A DNA stretch of 64,000 bases, taken from the NCBI GenBank assembly GCA_013239625.1, contig MU054323.1:14512029-14576028 (forward strand), given 5' to 3'. Position 1 is the first letter of the stretch, and each line of letters starts with the position of its first letter. A program made the translations under genes and the position numbers. The notes beneath the pieces are model-generated. The model had not been told where the DNA came from. It searched no databases and saw only the letters and a program-made list of their open reading frames with translations. Positions 27,670 to 41,485 of this stretch are shown in pieces. Origin of the DNA: Lama guanicoe. Its lineage: Eukaryota.

Positions 27670-29721
27670 TGGTGTCTGAGCAGAGCAGTCAATTACTACA
27701 TGGTTCAATTTCAGGTACAAATTAGGGCCCTGATGCCAACATTCCATTCTACTTTCTGTCCTATTTTTTAGAGGAAACCTAAACAGTCATTAACATTTCA
27801 TCACTTCAGTTCTTAGTATTTTGATCCTGCTTAAGAAACAATATATTGTTGAGATTAGACATTCCATTTTTATCTATTATTAAAATACACATACATAAAC
27901 ACAAAACACAATCACTATATGAACAAGCTCTATGAATAGGGCTTTTGCTGGGAGAACACATGCTGAGATAAAGAACAAATTAAAATGAAAATCTGATGAC
28001 AAGAAATTGATAGTTGGAAAATTTAGCACCTGAAACGGAAGAAATTATAATAGGAAGTTGTGGACTTCCACAGCAAATATGCTTTAAAATTCTTCTTAAT
28101 TTTAGACTATATGTAAGTTATTGATTTAAAAATATTTACTTAGAAGGGATTTTGGAATATGATGAATAAATATTTGAGAAAGACAACAAATTCTCACATC
28201 CTACAGATGACAGATTGTTCAGGGTACACATTTTACATTTTTTTCAGAATTTACTCAATTTATTCTCTCAAGTACCCTTTTAAACATTTACTATTTTTAT
28301 TCATGAACTTATTGTTTACGCTTTCCTGTACAAGAATGCAAATTCACTTTTACTTTTACTTTGCTACTCAATCTCTATTTTATTCTCATAACTAAGATGT
28401 GTTAAAGTTACAGGGCTGATAATACATAGTCATTTAATTTACAAAACCATTCTTAATCTGTTTCTAACTATGAATTTTTATGGCATTCTGTTTCAGTAAT
28501 TTCTAACTTAGATGATGATAAAAGTGTCCCCCTTTATTTAATTCCTGCAATCTCTTGTCTTATACAGAGGAATTATCTTATTTCTACTTGGAGTCACAAG
28601 GATAAAACATTTCAGTGTCACTTCTGCTTCTGTCTATAATTGAGTATCAAATTCACCCTCCCACCATAAACAATCAGCTGTTTGAAAAAAATTTGTGTGA
28701 CGGTTGTTCTCAGTCATGGGACAATAGGTAACAAAGACTGTAATAATATGTTTTGTATGTGTAGAACCAACCAGTTAATTTTGATGTTTTAAAGAAAAAT
28801 CTTACGCCACTTCAGCGAAATTCAAACTTTCTAATGTTAAAGAACTTGCAGATCTTTTCTTTGGACTATGTCTTCCTTTCTAATTTCATCTTAATGACCT
28901 GAAGAGCTTTGGCATTAGTATGGTTATGGTCATAATCAACTCTATAAACATATAATACTTTGAAATTATTGTTTATAAATTGCTTTTCTAATTACAAAAT
29001 TAGAACATTATGCATCCAGAATCTTTAGCAATTAGTTTACTTTTCCATTTTATATTTGGAGTTAAATACATTTTAGCTTTTATAGAGGAATTACTCTCTA
29101 ACAATATACTTACATAAAAATGAAATACATACTATGGTGCCTAACACTTTCATGAGAAGTAAGCCCATATACTGTATCTCTCTCATTTTAGCACATTTTC
29201 ATATCAAAATGATGATATGTATAAATTTTCCCTCTTTAAGTTTTTAATTGTCTACAAGAACAATTGGAGGCAAAATGAAAATGTCAAGTGTTATTATTTT
29301 TAGAAAACTAGAAGAAAAATTCTTGAATTTACATGTTTTTTGTAACATTATGTATAAGAATGGTCTGCAATGTACCATAAACGCTAATCTTAAGCATTCT
29401 GGAATGTGAAGCTATTACCTAATATGTCAGCATTTAAGACAGGAGAGATTTGTGTATGCTAATCTGAAGCATTGATATTGTAATGTTCTCAAAGTTACCC
29501 CCCCAAATATTTTCAGTATATTTTTAGAGTGAAGTGCATTTTACTTAAAGTTAATTACTTGAGAATGTTTAATTATCTTTCAAATAACTGGGCTCTCTGA
29601 GTAAAATACCTAATATTAGTAATACTAACAGAGTGTATTGTATAATTTTCAATACCCTAGTAATTGAAAGTATGAGAGCTTCCATACTTATGTAGGGATA
29701 TTATAATTTATAAACAATGAT

Positions 29722-29885
29722 TTTATATATACATATATACAGATATGTATATATTTATATGTATACACTTATGTTTTTGCATTTCAGCTCACTTAAACAT
29801 ATTTATCTTTATATATGTATTTTGTATATATATTATGCATTTGTATGTATGCATATGTGTTTGAGTGTATACAGATACACACACA
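29722..29885. repeat. TA/TG-rich low-complexity repeat
   Basis: Degenerate (TA)n/(TG)n run. Confidence 0.7.
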
Positions 29886-31294
29886 ATGATAAAACATAGA
29901 ACGTGATATTATTTTCAATATGCCTTTAGAATCAAGTGTATTTTATTAAAACAAGAATTTTATTATAGTTTATGTATAAAAATGCAATTCACTGGCAAAA
30001 GATACCTAACAAACCATGAGAATAAACTATAATACTTTGATTTTTATAGAACTGTATAAGTTAAAGGGCCCATCTACATATTTCGTGTAATTTAACCATG
30101 TCTTGGCATTTCGTAAAACAAACCAGATTTAATAAACATTTCCAATTACTGAGCTGTTTTTGTGGGGCTTTAGTATTCTTTTGGAAAGAAAAGTGGCACT
30201 CTGGGAAGCCACTTGCCATATGTCAGGTAACAGAGAGATCATTTAGAGCATTTGTTTTCCAATTTGTGTCATCATCTATCCTGTGAACCAAGAAACAATA
30301 TAAGTGAATCAAAATTAGCCATCCTTTCTCTCTCTACTGGTTTCTACACCTGAGTTAAACATACAATGATCTAGATTACTTATAAACACATCTCATAGGA
30401 GTGCGTCAAGTGATCACTTCTGAGGCACAGATAGTATAATGGGGTTTGTCATGTCCCTATAATTGGCTGTGTCTTTCTCCAATCATCCATCCTAATCTCG
30501 TTTTCTATTAGTAATTCTGATACAATATTTAAGAATAGTACAACATAACTAGCACCCTCTACATTCCTGAAAAATTGGGCTAGCAAACCCTCATGATCTT
30601 TCCGGGGTGCTTTTGAGACTATGACAGAAGCTAAATCTTCTCTCCAGAGATATATTACAAACAAAAAGTTGCATAAACTACAAGGATTTTAAAGATGTCC
30701 AGAGGCCCTTGTAATAATGGCAGGGTCCTTCTATACAGTGAGCTTTCAAGATAAGTGGGTTTACCAGCTGAGCTATATTTATCCAGTCAAGTAATGCATC
30801 AGAAACATGTTTTTCTCAGAAACTTTGATCTTATCTTTTGATGTCTTTCTGTTTCCTTTTTCCACCCAAGTTTGAATGTAAGGGGAAACCTAAACGAGAA
30901 GCAGATATTCATATGTCAATGTTCTGTTCGAATTAAATCACTACCATAAGTATTAGAGATTTTTCAAAAATGGAAGTAAGAAAAAAAAAACATGATAAAG
31001 TGTCTGGTGAGAATTGAAAGTTTAACTTCTAGAGAAGAGTTTAATTTGTGGGATAGCCATTTCTGTACTAAAATTCAAAGGCAGATGGTGTAAGAGCCCC
31101 CAACAGAGAATATGTGATAGGGATTCCAAAACTATAATTCTGGACGGAGATGGTAACTACTTCTTTGACTTGCATGTTTTGTTTTATTGAGGAATGTGTA
31201 ATACGGAAGAAAGGAAAATATGTAGATTTTGAAGAGTGATTATGAAGTTAAAAAATCTTACAAGAATCCCTAATTTAAGATAATGAGTATTGCC

Positions 31295-31811
31295 TCTATT
31301 AGCATTCTCCAGAGAAACAGAACCAATAGATATGATCAAGGAGGTGAAAGACCTTTGAGAGAGAGGGAAAGAGCGTATTATTATAAGGAATTGGTTTACT
31401 TGATCGTGGAGGCTGACAAGTCCCAAGATATGCAGTAAGCATGCTGGGTATCTAGGAGAGCTGATGGTGTAGCTCCAGTCTGAAGGCTGGCTGACTTGAA
31501 ATCTAGGAAAAGCTGCTCTTTCAATTTGAGATTGAAGGCTGGAAGAGACCAATGTTTCAGATCGAAGACATTCAGGCAGGAGGAGTTTCCTTTTAATCAC
31601 AGGAGATCTGCCCTTTTGTTATATTCAGGCCTTCAACTGATGGGATGAGGCCTACCCACACTAAGGAGAGCAATCTGCTTTTCTCAGTCTACCAATTCAA
31701 ATGTTAATCTCGTCCAAAAATATCCTCACAGACATACTCAGAATAATGTTTAACCAAATATCTGGGCACCCCATGGCCCATTCAAGCTGACACCCCAAAT
31801 TAACCATTACA
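31295..31811 (-). mobile_element. MLT2B-like solo LTR (ERVL)
   Basis: ttctccagagaaacagaaccaatag...ttcaggccttcaactgatgggatgaggcctacccacac...aaattaaccattaca, MLT2 termini in reverse orientation. Confidence 0.85.
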
Positions 31812-31849
31812 CTTTCAGTAACTTCACGTATCTGTTCCTTCCTGGTCAT

Positions 31850-32350
31850 AATTCTCTGCTTAACCCTGAGAGAAAACCACTATCAGATTTTTAAAAATAA
31901 TTGTACCTGTTTACTAACTTTAAAAAACGTATATATTCATCTATAAATTTATTCTCCCAATATTTGTAAGTTTCATACAATGATTCATGAAGCTGTAGTT
32001 AATTAATTTTCATTGCTGGGTAATATTCTATTGCATTAATGTACCTTTTACTAAGAATACGGCTGTTGATAAACATTTGAGAAGTTTCCAGGTTGAGGCT
32101 ACTGTCAATAAATCTGCCATCACTGTCCTTATACTTTCTTTCTGATGCACGTGCAAACATAAGAATTTTAGCTGAGTAAAATTACCAGGTCACAGGGTAC
32201 ATAAAACTTTAAATTGTGTATGTGATGTCTATATGTGTGTAGGTCTTTTTCTGGATAATTTTGTTAAAAGTATTTATTTGTATATTATTGTGCAATACTA
32301 TACTATTTTAACCACATGTCCTATAGTAGATATTATAGCTGGAAGTATGA
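31850..32350 (-). mobile_element. Ancient L1 fragment
   Basis: Degenerate antisense L1 3' motifs (ttcattgctg...tattctattg...gttgataaacatttg). Confidence 0.45.
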
Positions 32351-32369
32351 CTATTTCAACTTTATTCTC

Positions 32370-33100
32370 CTTAAAAAAATACACACACACACATACATAC
32401 ATATATATTTGTTTTCATATTCTTTTTCATTAAAGGGTATTGTAAGATACTGAATACAGTTCCCTGTGCTATACATAAGAAATGTTTTTTTATGTATTTT
32501 CATATATAGTGATTAACATTTTCAAATCTCAAACTTCCAAATGTATCCCTTCCCGTACCCTTTCCCTGAGTAACCATAAGATTATTTTTTATGTCTACAA
32601 TCTGTTTCTGTTTTGTAGATGAAGTCGTTAGTGTCCTTTTTTTTTTTCCCCCCCTAGATTTGAATGTTATCATATGGTTTTTTCTTTCTCTTTCTGGCTT
32701 ACTTCACTTAGAATAACATTCTCCAGGTCCATCCATGTTGCTGCAAATGGCATTATTTTATTCTTTTTTATGGTTGAGTAGTATTCCATTGTATAAATAT
32801 ACTACAACTTCTTTATCCTGTCATCTGTCAATGGACATTTAGGTTGCTTCCATGTCTTGGCTATTGTAAATAGTGCTATGAACATTGGGGTTCATGTATC
32901 TTTTCAAATTAGAGTTCCCTCCAAATATATGCCCAGGAGTGGGATTGCTGGATCATATGGTAAGTCTATTTTTAGTTTTTGAGGAATCTTCATACAGTTT
33001 TCCATAACAGTGTAGGAGGGTTCCCTTTTCTTTACAGCCTCTCCAGCATTTAGTGTTCATGGACTTTTTAATGATGGCCATTCTGACTGGTGTGAGGTGA
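32370..33100 (-). mobile_element. 5'-truncated L1 3' end
   Basis: ORF2 C-terminal [19 protein letters not shown] motif and 3'UTR similar to the other copies. Confidence 0.85.
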
Positions 33101-33104
33101 TCTA

Positions 33105-33545
33105 CTACAGTCTTATTATCGGAATGGTATAACCTTTCTTTATCTCCTTTCCTCTGGGACTCCACTGACATGAATGACAACTCTCAGTGTTGTCCCACAA
33201 GGTTCAAGACTTGTTTTTCCCCTTCAGTTTATTTTCTCTTTGCTTTAGATGGAATAATTTCTTCTTCTCAGTCCTAACGTCACTCTTCCTTTTGTCTTCT
33301 CCATTGTGCCAATGAGGCCATTGAGTGTAATTTTTATTTCAGATGTTGTATTTTTCATGTTAGAACTAACATTCAGTTCTTTTTATAGTTTCTGTTTCTC
33401 CATGAGGACTTCTATATCTTCATCCATTTCAAGACCATAACACTATCTTACAGAGGATAGTTATAGTTGCTTTGTAGTCTTTGATAATTTCAGTATCTGA
33501 ATCATCTTAGTATTGGCATCTAATGATTGCTTTTCCCTGGGAAAA
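33105..33545 (-). mobile_element. Ancient L1 ORF1-region relic
   Basis: tttatttcagatgttgtatttttc...ttctttttatagtttctgtttctc antisense ORF1-like motifs. Confidence 0.45.
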
Positions 33546-33574
33546 CGATTTTGTTTTTCCCCTTCCTTCACCTT

Positions 33575-34410
33575 TTTTTAAAACAATTTTTTTAGGGCAG
33601 TTTTAGGTTCATAGCAAAATTGAGGGGAAGGTACAATGATATCCCACACACTCCCTTCCCCCATACATGCATAGACTTCCTTATTATCAACATCCTCCAC
33701 AAGAGTGTACATTTGTTACATTTGATGAATCTGAATCAGTGCATCATAATCACCCATAGACCACAGTTTGCATTAAGATTCACAAAATGGTGTTGTACAT
33801 TTTTTTGGGTTTGGACAAATTTATAATGACCTGCTTCCACCATTCAGAGTATTTTCACTGCCTTAAAACGCTTTGTATTTCGTCTACTCATTCTTCTCAT
33901 CCACAAACCTGGCAACAACTGATCTTTTTACTGTTTCTTTTGTTTTATTTTGTTGCATAAAATCATATATGTGGAATCATTTTGTAGCTAGTCTTTTCAG
34001 AGTTAGCTTCTTTCACTTAGTAATATACATTTAAGGTTTTCTCCATGTTTTTTCATGGCTTAGTAGCTCGTTTCTTTTTTAGCGTTGAATAATATTCCCC
34101 TGTCCAGATATATCACAGTTTATTTGTCCATTCACCTATTGAAGGACATCTTGTTTTCTCCCAAGTTTTGGCAATTGAATAAACTGCTGTAAGCATCTTT
34201 GTTCAGGTTTTTGTGTAGACACAAGTTATGAACCTGTTTGGGTAAATACTAAGGAGCATGATTGCTGGATCGTATGGTAAGAGCATGTTTAGTTTTGTAA
34301 GAAATGGCCAAAATGTTTTCCAAGGTGGCTGTACCCTACTTGCTTTCTCACCAGCAATAAATTAGTGTCTATTGCTCCACAGTCTCAACAGTATTGAATG
34401 TTGTCAGAGT
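33575..34410 (-). mobile_element. L1MD-like 3' end
   Basis: gcagttttaggttcatagcaaaattgag...tacatttgttacatttgatgaa...tgattgctggatcgtatggtaagag. Confidence 0.75.
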
Positions 34411-34652
34411 TCACTAAGTTCATTCACTTTGCTTTTTAATAACTGTCTTAACAATCATCTTCTAGTAGATAAACTACAACCAGATGAGCTGCCTTAGTTC
34501 TTATATTCAATTAGGAACAGTTTGTATTATTTGATGAATATTCATAAAAAGTAATGAGAGGTAATCATGGAGTATAAGTGACACAAAATTTTCTCTTTGT
34601 TCTAAAAACTCAAAAGTTTCCCCATGATCCTGACATACGCTGTTAAGATGTA

Positions 34653-34684
34653 TTAATTAATTAATTAATTAATTAATTAATTAA
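34653..34684. repeat. (TTAA)8 perfect self-complementary microsatellite
   Basis: Read directly from sequence. Confidence 0.95.
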
Positions 34685-35924
34685 AAAAGTACAACCATTT
34701 TCATATTGTACTTGGAAGTGTAAGGGAATTTTGGATTGTTACTAACATGGATTAGTAGACAAGAGTGCCATAAAAAGGCAAATGGAAACAAACAACAGAT
34801 GTATTGACTGGAGGTTAAGAGATAAGGGAATAAAGCTTAAATGTAGCTACAAGAGAGTTTTGTCTGGTTCTAGGGCTTAAGCTGGGGTTGGCCAGTTGGA
34901 ATGTGGCCTCTGGGAGATAGAAACTACCTGTGTAGTGTCTTTTCTAGAGTGGTTTCTTTCTGTATTTTTTTTTTGTTTGTTTCATTAAATGTGAAATAGA
35001 GAAAATAATACCCCTTACTCAGGGTTGTTCTGAAAATTAAATAAGTTTATAAACTGTTAAAGAGTGGCTAACATATAGTAAGTTCTCAATGAATGGCATT
35101 TATAATAGTAGTTCTTAAATTCTTTTGTATAAACACTTAGTTTCTTAGAGATATGGATGATAATGTATGTTTTAGGTATAGACTGAACCTCTATAGTACC
35201 CATAAATGTCAACATGAAGCTTCTAGCCACAAAATACTTCAAATTTTGGCTGCTTAGAACTAAGTTGGGGTACTGTTTTAAGACTGGGTTTAAAATAATG
35301 AAGGTGAATAGTTAGCCACCAATTACATGACACAGATATTCAAATAAGTATGCATTTATATTTCTTATGTCTCACTGATATGGGAACAGATCACAAATAC
35401 CAACTTGCACACAAGATGTATGACTGTTGTTCCCCAAAGGGTTGGCCTGGATGGTGTTTTGTTTAGTTTTTTTTTCTTCCTTTTAGAACTTTTTCTAATT
35501 ATATTTTAATAATTATAATTGGGTAACTTGGCACAAATGTATTTCTGTATCTTGAGAAATCTGAAGCTCTTGCAGCTTTGGGACTGAATTCTCAGATGAC
35601 TCCAACTTGAATGGGCTGTCTCAGCAGCCTCCTTGAGATGGAGCCTGCAGTCTCCAAATCTGCACGAGGGTGTCAGTTTCACTTATCATCAATCCTTCTC
35701 TGTTACCTGTTCTGTCCATGCATGACTTTTAAGAGAGCAAAATACATACCCAGACACACACAGAAACGCACATGCACGTACATGGACATCAAGGCTTTCA
35801 GTTGTGAAGACATAACACTAAGGGAAAAGAAAAAACAACTTAAACTCTGTTATATTTCTTTACCTTCTACTTGATTTAGTCAGAAAATCTCAGTAAACAT
35901 CCAAGTATAATACTGACTAATAGG

Positions 35925-36082
35925 CCATTGCTTCTCAAAGTTTAATGTGCATGTGAATCTCCTAAAGATCTTATTAAAATGCAAATTCTTATTCAGTACA
36001 TCTGCAGAGAGACTCTGCATTTCCAATCATTCCAGATGATGCTGATAGCAGAGTCCAAAGAGCACACTTTATGTGGCAAAGA
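35925..36082. mobile_element. MER5B-like hAT-Charlie MITE
   Basis: gcttctcaaagtttaatgtgcatgtgaatc...ttattaaaatgcaaattct...tctgcatttcc...cacacttt. Confidence 0.6.
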
Positions 36083-38734
36083 TCCTACAGGTTCGCCCTC
36101 AGATAGTGATGTGTTGTTTGAAATAAACCAATTGAGAAGGTCCTATATCCTGTGAGAGATGCTATGATGACTTAAATATAAGACAGTTTTCTTTTTTTCT
36201 GAAGTATAATTTTGGATACAAAGAAAAAACTACTTTTATTAATTATTTGCACAAATATAATTATTTCTAGCAGATCCTGATGGATGCACATTGACAGCTA
36301 CATGGATCCATAAAATAAAGAAAAATATATTAGACCTAAGTATATATATATTAAAGGACCTAGAATTTGGTATATCAAATCAGCACATGATTCTCCGGTT
36401 CATACATTTGTCACAATTGAGGACGTCCACTAACTAAATAGGAGATATGTGAGGAAGCTCAGTCTCACAAGTCAGGGGATTCTGAAATTTACATTTTTGC
36501 CTTCAGTCACTTGGTCTAACTTTTAAGTCACACTGTGCCTGAATAAGCCCAAACCATAAGTGTATATAGTAGCCTTCAGCCTTTGTTGTAACCACTCATA
36601 CCTGGGCCTGGTTTATGCGACTTAGTATCTGTCTTTGTTTACTTCATTACCTACTATTTCAAATATTTTGACAGGGAATACTCTGGCTCAGGTACTGAGG
36701 ATACAAATCAGAGTAAAACATGATTATCTCTGACATCTCCCAGCCTGGTTTCCAGGTACAAGTTGGGCTCTGCTAGCTTCTACCTGGAGATGGGAACTGT
36801 GTCTCAGTCTCAGCAGCCTCTTTCTCCAGGGACTAGTCTCTTGTATTTCAACTTGCTAGGATTCCATTCCACCTAATATGGGCCATCTTGAACATTGTAA
36901 CTTTTACCTTGAGTATTTTCACCACTTGGATAGAAACTTCTGTTATCATTGGCTATCCCCAGAAGAATCTTCTAGTATAGAAAGCCTTGACTCCAGTCAG
37001 ATGCACATTTTAATATCAAGGCTGTTTGGTATCCCTATTTTGGGCCAATGGTACCCTCTTCAGGTGTAAGCCTCAGAGTCCAGTTAGGCCTGGCCTTGGC
37101 CATCCCTGCCTCTTCAGCTATCTCTATCACAGCTAAGCCTTTATACAAAAGGATGAAGTAGGAGTGAAAACTAACCCTTTTTAATATTCTCTCATCTCTG
37201 GAATGCTTTGTCATTGTATTGCCTAGGAGTAATAACAGTTCTTTTCTCTCTTTTTTTTTCTACTGCATTCTCTCTCCTATTAAATTAGAAAATCCTACTT
37301 CCTCCACTGTACTCAGAATCTTGAAGTTAACCATGGTATGTTGATTAACAGTCATGACTATTTCCAGATTATGAAATCAGCATGTGTATGAGTCAGGAAG
37401 AGGTGGGAGGAAGGGACAGGGTAAAGATTTTTGATCCTGATCTGGTGAAACTTCCTACATAAGTCCTTTGAATATTTTTGATATATGCACCGTTTTTTTT
37501 CCTCATGGTAACAGACGTTATATATTATGTGAAAGTTATATGAATATATTTTATAGTTGGCTGCATTTTAATACCTTTAGTCAAGTGTTACAGGGTGAAA
37601 CAGAAACATTTGGGGAGGACTGGGATAGGATGAATTTGGTGCTTATTCTGCATATTGAGAGGAACTTCCTAAAGCACCAAAAAAAGTATTCAGACAGCAA
37701 ACAAAATCTTAAAGTGGATAAGAAGGATAACATTCGAGCTATTTATAAAGTACAACTGATACATATTTGGTCTTGGATTTTGAGGAAATGATATTTTCCT
37801 CAATGATATTTTCCAATATTTTCTGCTCGAGAGTTTATTTTCCCCTTGAGTTAAAAACAAGGAATTGAAGAAGGAAAATGCATCTTCAACATTTTCTTTC
37901 TTTCCTTTCCCCCAATCAGCCCCCTATATTATTTCCTAATATGGGTCTGGGCTTTCTGGCCAGTAATCAAGATTTTGAAGTGAATAGGTCATTTTAATGT
38001 CAGTTAGCTCCTTACTCAACTTTTATTCCAATTTTTTCTCTTTTGTCTCCTTCCTTGAGTAAACCTGACATGAAGCATTTCCATAAGAGCCTGTTCCCAG
38101 AGAAATTAAGGTCAGTGAAAGGCCATATCAAATGGTAGCAGGTTTAGAAGGAAGGATCAATGATACATGTCTCAGCTATTCCAGGGGAAATAAGTTGCAT
38201 TCTCCTGTTTTTTTCCTGCTGCTGTTGTTGTTGTTCATTTATTATTTTTTTGGGGGGGGTGTATTTTTACTTTTACAGACTATTAGAAAAAATATAGTGT
38301 TTACATTTAATAGAATGTAAAGTAATCTTTAATCCGTTATCTGATTTGTTTTTGGTTACATATATATTAACTAAGTTTTAAATTAGTTAATTAAACTTTT
38401 TCTGTTCTGAGAAACATAAAGGGTAGACATGCAGTTTGAACCAGATATGAGTTAATTAAATAATTAACTTATTGGAAGATAATCTTCAAATGGTAACAAA
38501 TTAGATTATGGAGTAATGTGATGACCATATAAACAGAGACCTCATTTATCCCCTAAGCACGCCCCACCTCCATCAATGACATGATCATCTAATAGTCACT
38601 CAGATGTGAAATCTAAAGTCTCCTTTGACTCACCTAACTTCTCCACAGTCCATCTAGTCCAATGCAGCGGCAAAAGTTCTGTGTCATGAATGTTCTTCTA
38701 TGCTAAAAATCATTCAGTATTCCCAAACACTCAT

Positions 38735-38915
38735 AGCAGAGGTTCACCACCTATACGCTATAGATCACCTAGGTACTCGATTTAAATGCAGATACCAGAC
38801 ACTCTAGATATTCTGTTTGAGACTGTTTGAAATTGGGGTCAAGACTGTTTTAAGTAGTTCTCCCAAGTGATTCTAAAGCAGGTAGTCCAAAGTTTATACT
38901 TTGACAAGTGTTTTT
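38735..38915. mobile_element. MER5A-like hAT-Charlie relic
   Basis: atcacctagg...ttaaatgcagata...ctcccaagtgattctaa. Confidence 0.45.
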
Positions 38916-40029
38916 CTACAGGATAAAGTTTAAGCACAGCCTTCCCCAATTTGAGGTACAAACGATCTCTCTAACCATACCTCTTAGCCCAGTTATGCAT
39001 GTTCTTTACTTTAGCTAAATTACTGTCTTCACTTTCTCTACCTTGTGATCCTTAAAAGTCTTTGCTATGTCTAGCTCTAGTTGAAGTATCTTTTCTCAAC
39101 TATTTGTCTGCCAAATTCCTATTCATCCTTACAGAGCATCCCTACTTCCCATATAGAAGCCTTTATTGACATCAAATCCTACACAGGTTTATCCCTTTTA
39201 TACAATTCTATATACTTACTATTTAACATCAGCAGTTGTCTTAGTGGTGTGTTCATTACAACTAGGTAAATTACAACTTTCAGAGTAATATGCAGCAGCA
39301 GGGATTTTATGGACTCATTGCTTGGATCCATAATGCACTTTTCATGGAATGTCCTTGTGTTTAAGTTTTGGGTTGGTTCTATTTCTATCTCGTTTTTTGT
39401 AGTTGTCTTTCCTCACTTCAAGGGAAAAAAATGACTCTTATCAAGAACCTTTCTACAATGTATTCAGGGGCATACAAACAAAGGTTAAATATTGTTGTCT
39501 GAGAAGTCTCCTTTAATGAAGGCACCATTCCTCTGGGACGGCTTCATGAAGTTCCCTGGCTCATGCAAATATTTGTCTAGGGTGAGGCATGGTACATGAA
39601 GTGGTATATGTGAAATGCAGTTAGGGTGTTTTGAAATCAAATTCAGGTATACAGAACTGTAGAGTGGGATCATGGGAGCACTGACAATTCTATTTTCATG
39701 ACATTAACTATTACATCTCCCAGAAATTAAAGAATGGCTGATTTATGAGAGAGCCTCAAAATTACTGGAAGCTAGTTCCTCCTCTTCATTATTATATATA
39801 GAAACTTTTCATTAAAGGCCTTTTGTGGGGTTAACATTTACAAAATAAAGTTGTACTCCTGAAAAAAGAATATCCAACCAAGTCACTTAGTCAAACTCCT
39901 AAAACAATAACTATTTTGGCTACTTTCTATTTCTATAAACAAGATACCTTTACAAGAAAGAGTAGTGGATATGGTTATAAGATACTTAATTAGGAATAAA
40001 GAAAATAATTAACTTTAGAATTTGGAAAC

Positions 40030-40382
40030 ATCACTTAGTATGACAACCTCCAGGTCCATCCATGTTGCTGCAAAGGGCATTATTTTATTCTTCTTTATGA
40101 CTGAGTAGTATTCCATTGTATACATGTAGTACCACAACTTCTTTATCCAATCATCTGTCAATGGACATTTAGGTTGCTTCCATGTCTTGGCTATTATAAG
40201 TAGTGTTGCTATGAACAACAGGGTCCTACTATATAGCACAGGGAACTATATTTAATACCTTATAACAACCTATAATGAAAAAGAATATGAAAAGGAATAT
40301 ATATATGAACAACTGAATTACTGTGCTGTACACTAGAAATTAACAAAACATTGAAAATTAACTATACTTCAATAAAAAAAAT
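40030..40382 (+). mobile_element. Short L1 with 5' inversion
   Basis: 40030-40217 is antisense ORF2 C-terminus; 40214-40382 is sense 3'UTR ending aactatacttcaataaaaaaaaa. Confidence 0.85.
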
Positions 40383-41384
40383 CTGATGCAGTCATTCTCA
40401 AAGCCACATGGTTTAAAATTCTTTGATTCAAATGAAATCTAAGGAATAGTCACATGAGTTTTAGTATATAATTTGGTAACAGTTCAGATACCTGAATGAT
40501 TTTGCCACATTGAAAAGCCTGCTATTTTCTCTGCTTTTTTGTGTATAGAAGGCTTTCAACACTTCAAATATAAATGCCAAAAAAAGGAAATTAAATTGAT
40601 GCTGAACTGTTCTCATTTTAGTGTTAAATCATATTCCTATATTGATATGAAATACTATAAAAACATTTTCAATCTCAAAGAGGAGCATTTCCAATATTCT
40701 ATTTTTCATGTTTAATAACTAACATTTTCTGATAAAATGTTACAATTAGTTCTATTTTAAAAGTAACTATAATAACAATTTAATCTTTTTAACTTAGAAT
40801 CATATTGTAATAGCAAATAAAAAGTTAAATTTTATTCATGTACACAAAAACATAGAAGTTTAAACCATTTATAATTACAAAGATTTAGGTGTCAATCAAA
40901 AATGTTTAAGGAAATGCATCATTATCAGAAGTCTTTTTTTGGACTGTCAAGAAAACATTAAAATCACTACTTTTTTAACACTTCATATGCACATGTCTGT
41001 TATTTTAAGTTATTTATATCCAGTTTTCTCAATTATGCTGTGTTGCCACAGTGAAATTGTAAGCTACTGTTGGGCATGGATTTTCTTTCATATTTTACTT
41101 TATTTCTCTGAAAATGAAAAATGTACATTCCATAAATTATTGCTAAATTATAACAAATATTGATCTTATTTCTAAGAGCAAATACAGCTCATCCTCATCT
41201 ACACTGAAGACATAAAATACTGAAAATAGTCCCAAACAGAAAAAAAAAATAATCAAAGTAAAAACATACTTTCTAACCAGTGGGAGCTAAATTTTGAAAT
41301 AAAGCTCTGGTCAAGAAAGTATCTACTTATTTCTTGTCTCTAGCATTTAAACTATTGAGAGACTTTCAGAATCAAGAACACTAT

Positions 41385-41485
41385 GAAGCAGGAAACATGA
41401 ATTTAAGTCCTGGCTCTACCACATATTTTATGTGACCTTAAGAAATTCACTGTTCACCTTCTGTTTCCTGAACTAAAATAAGTGA
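41385..41485 (+). mobile_element. MIR relic
   Basis: gtcctggctctaccac...tgtgacctt...tctgtttcct. Confidence 0.45.
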
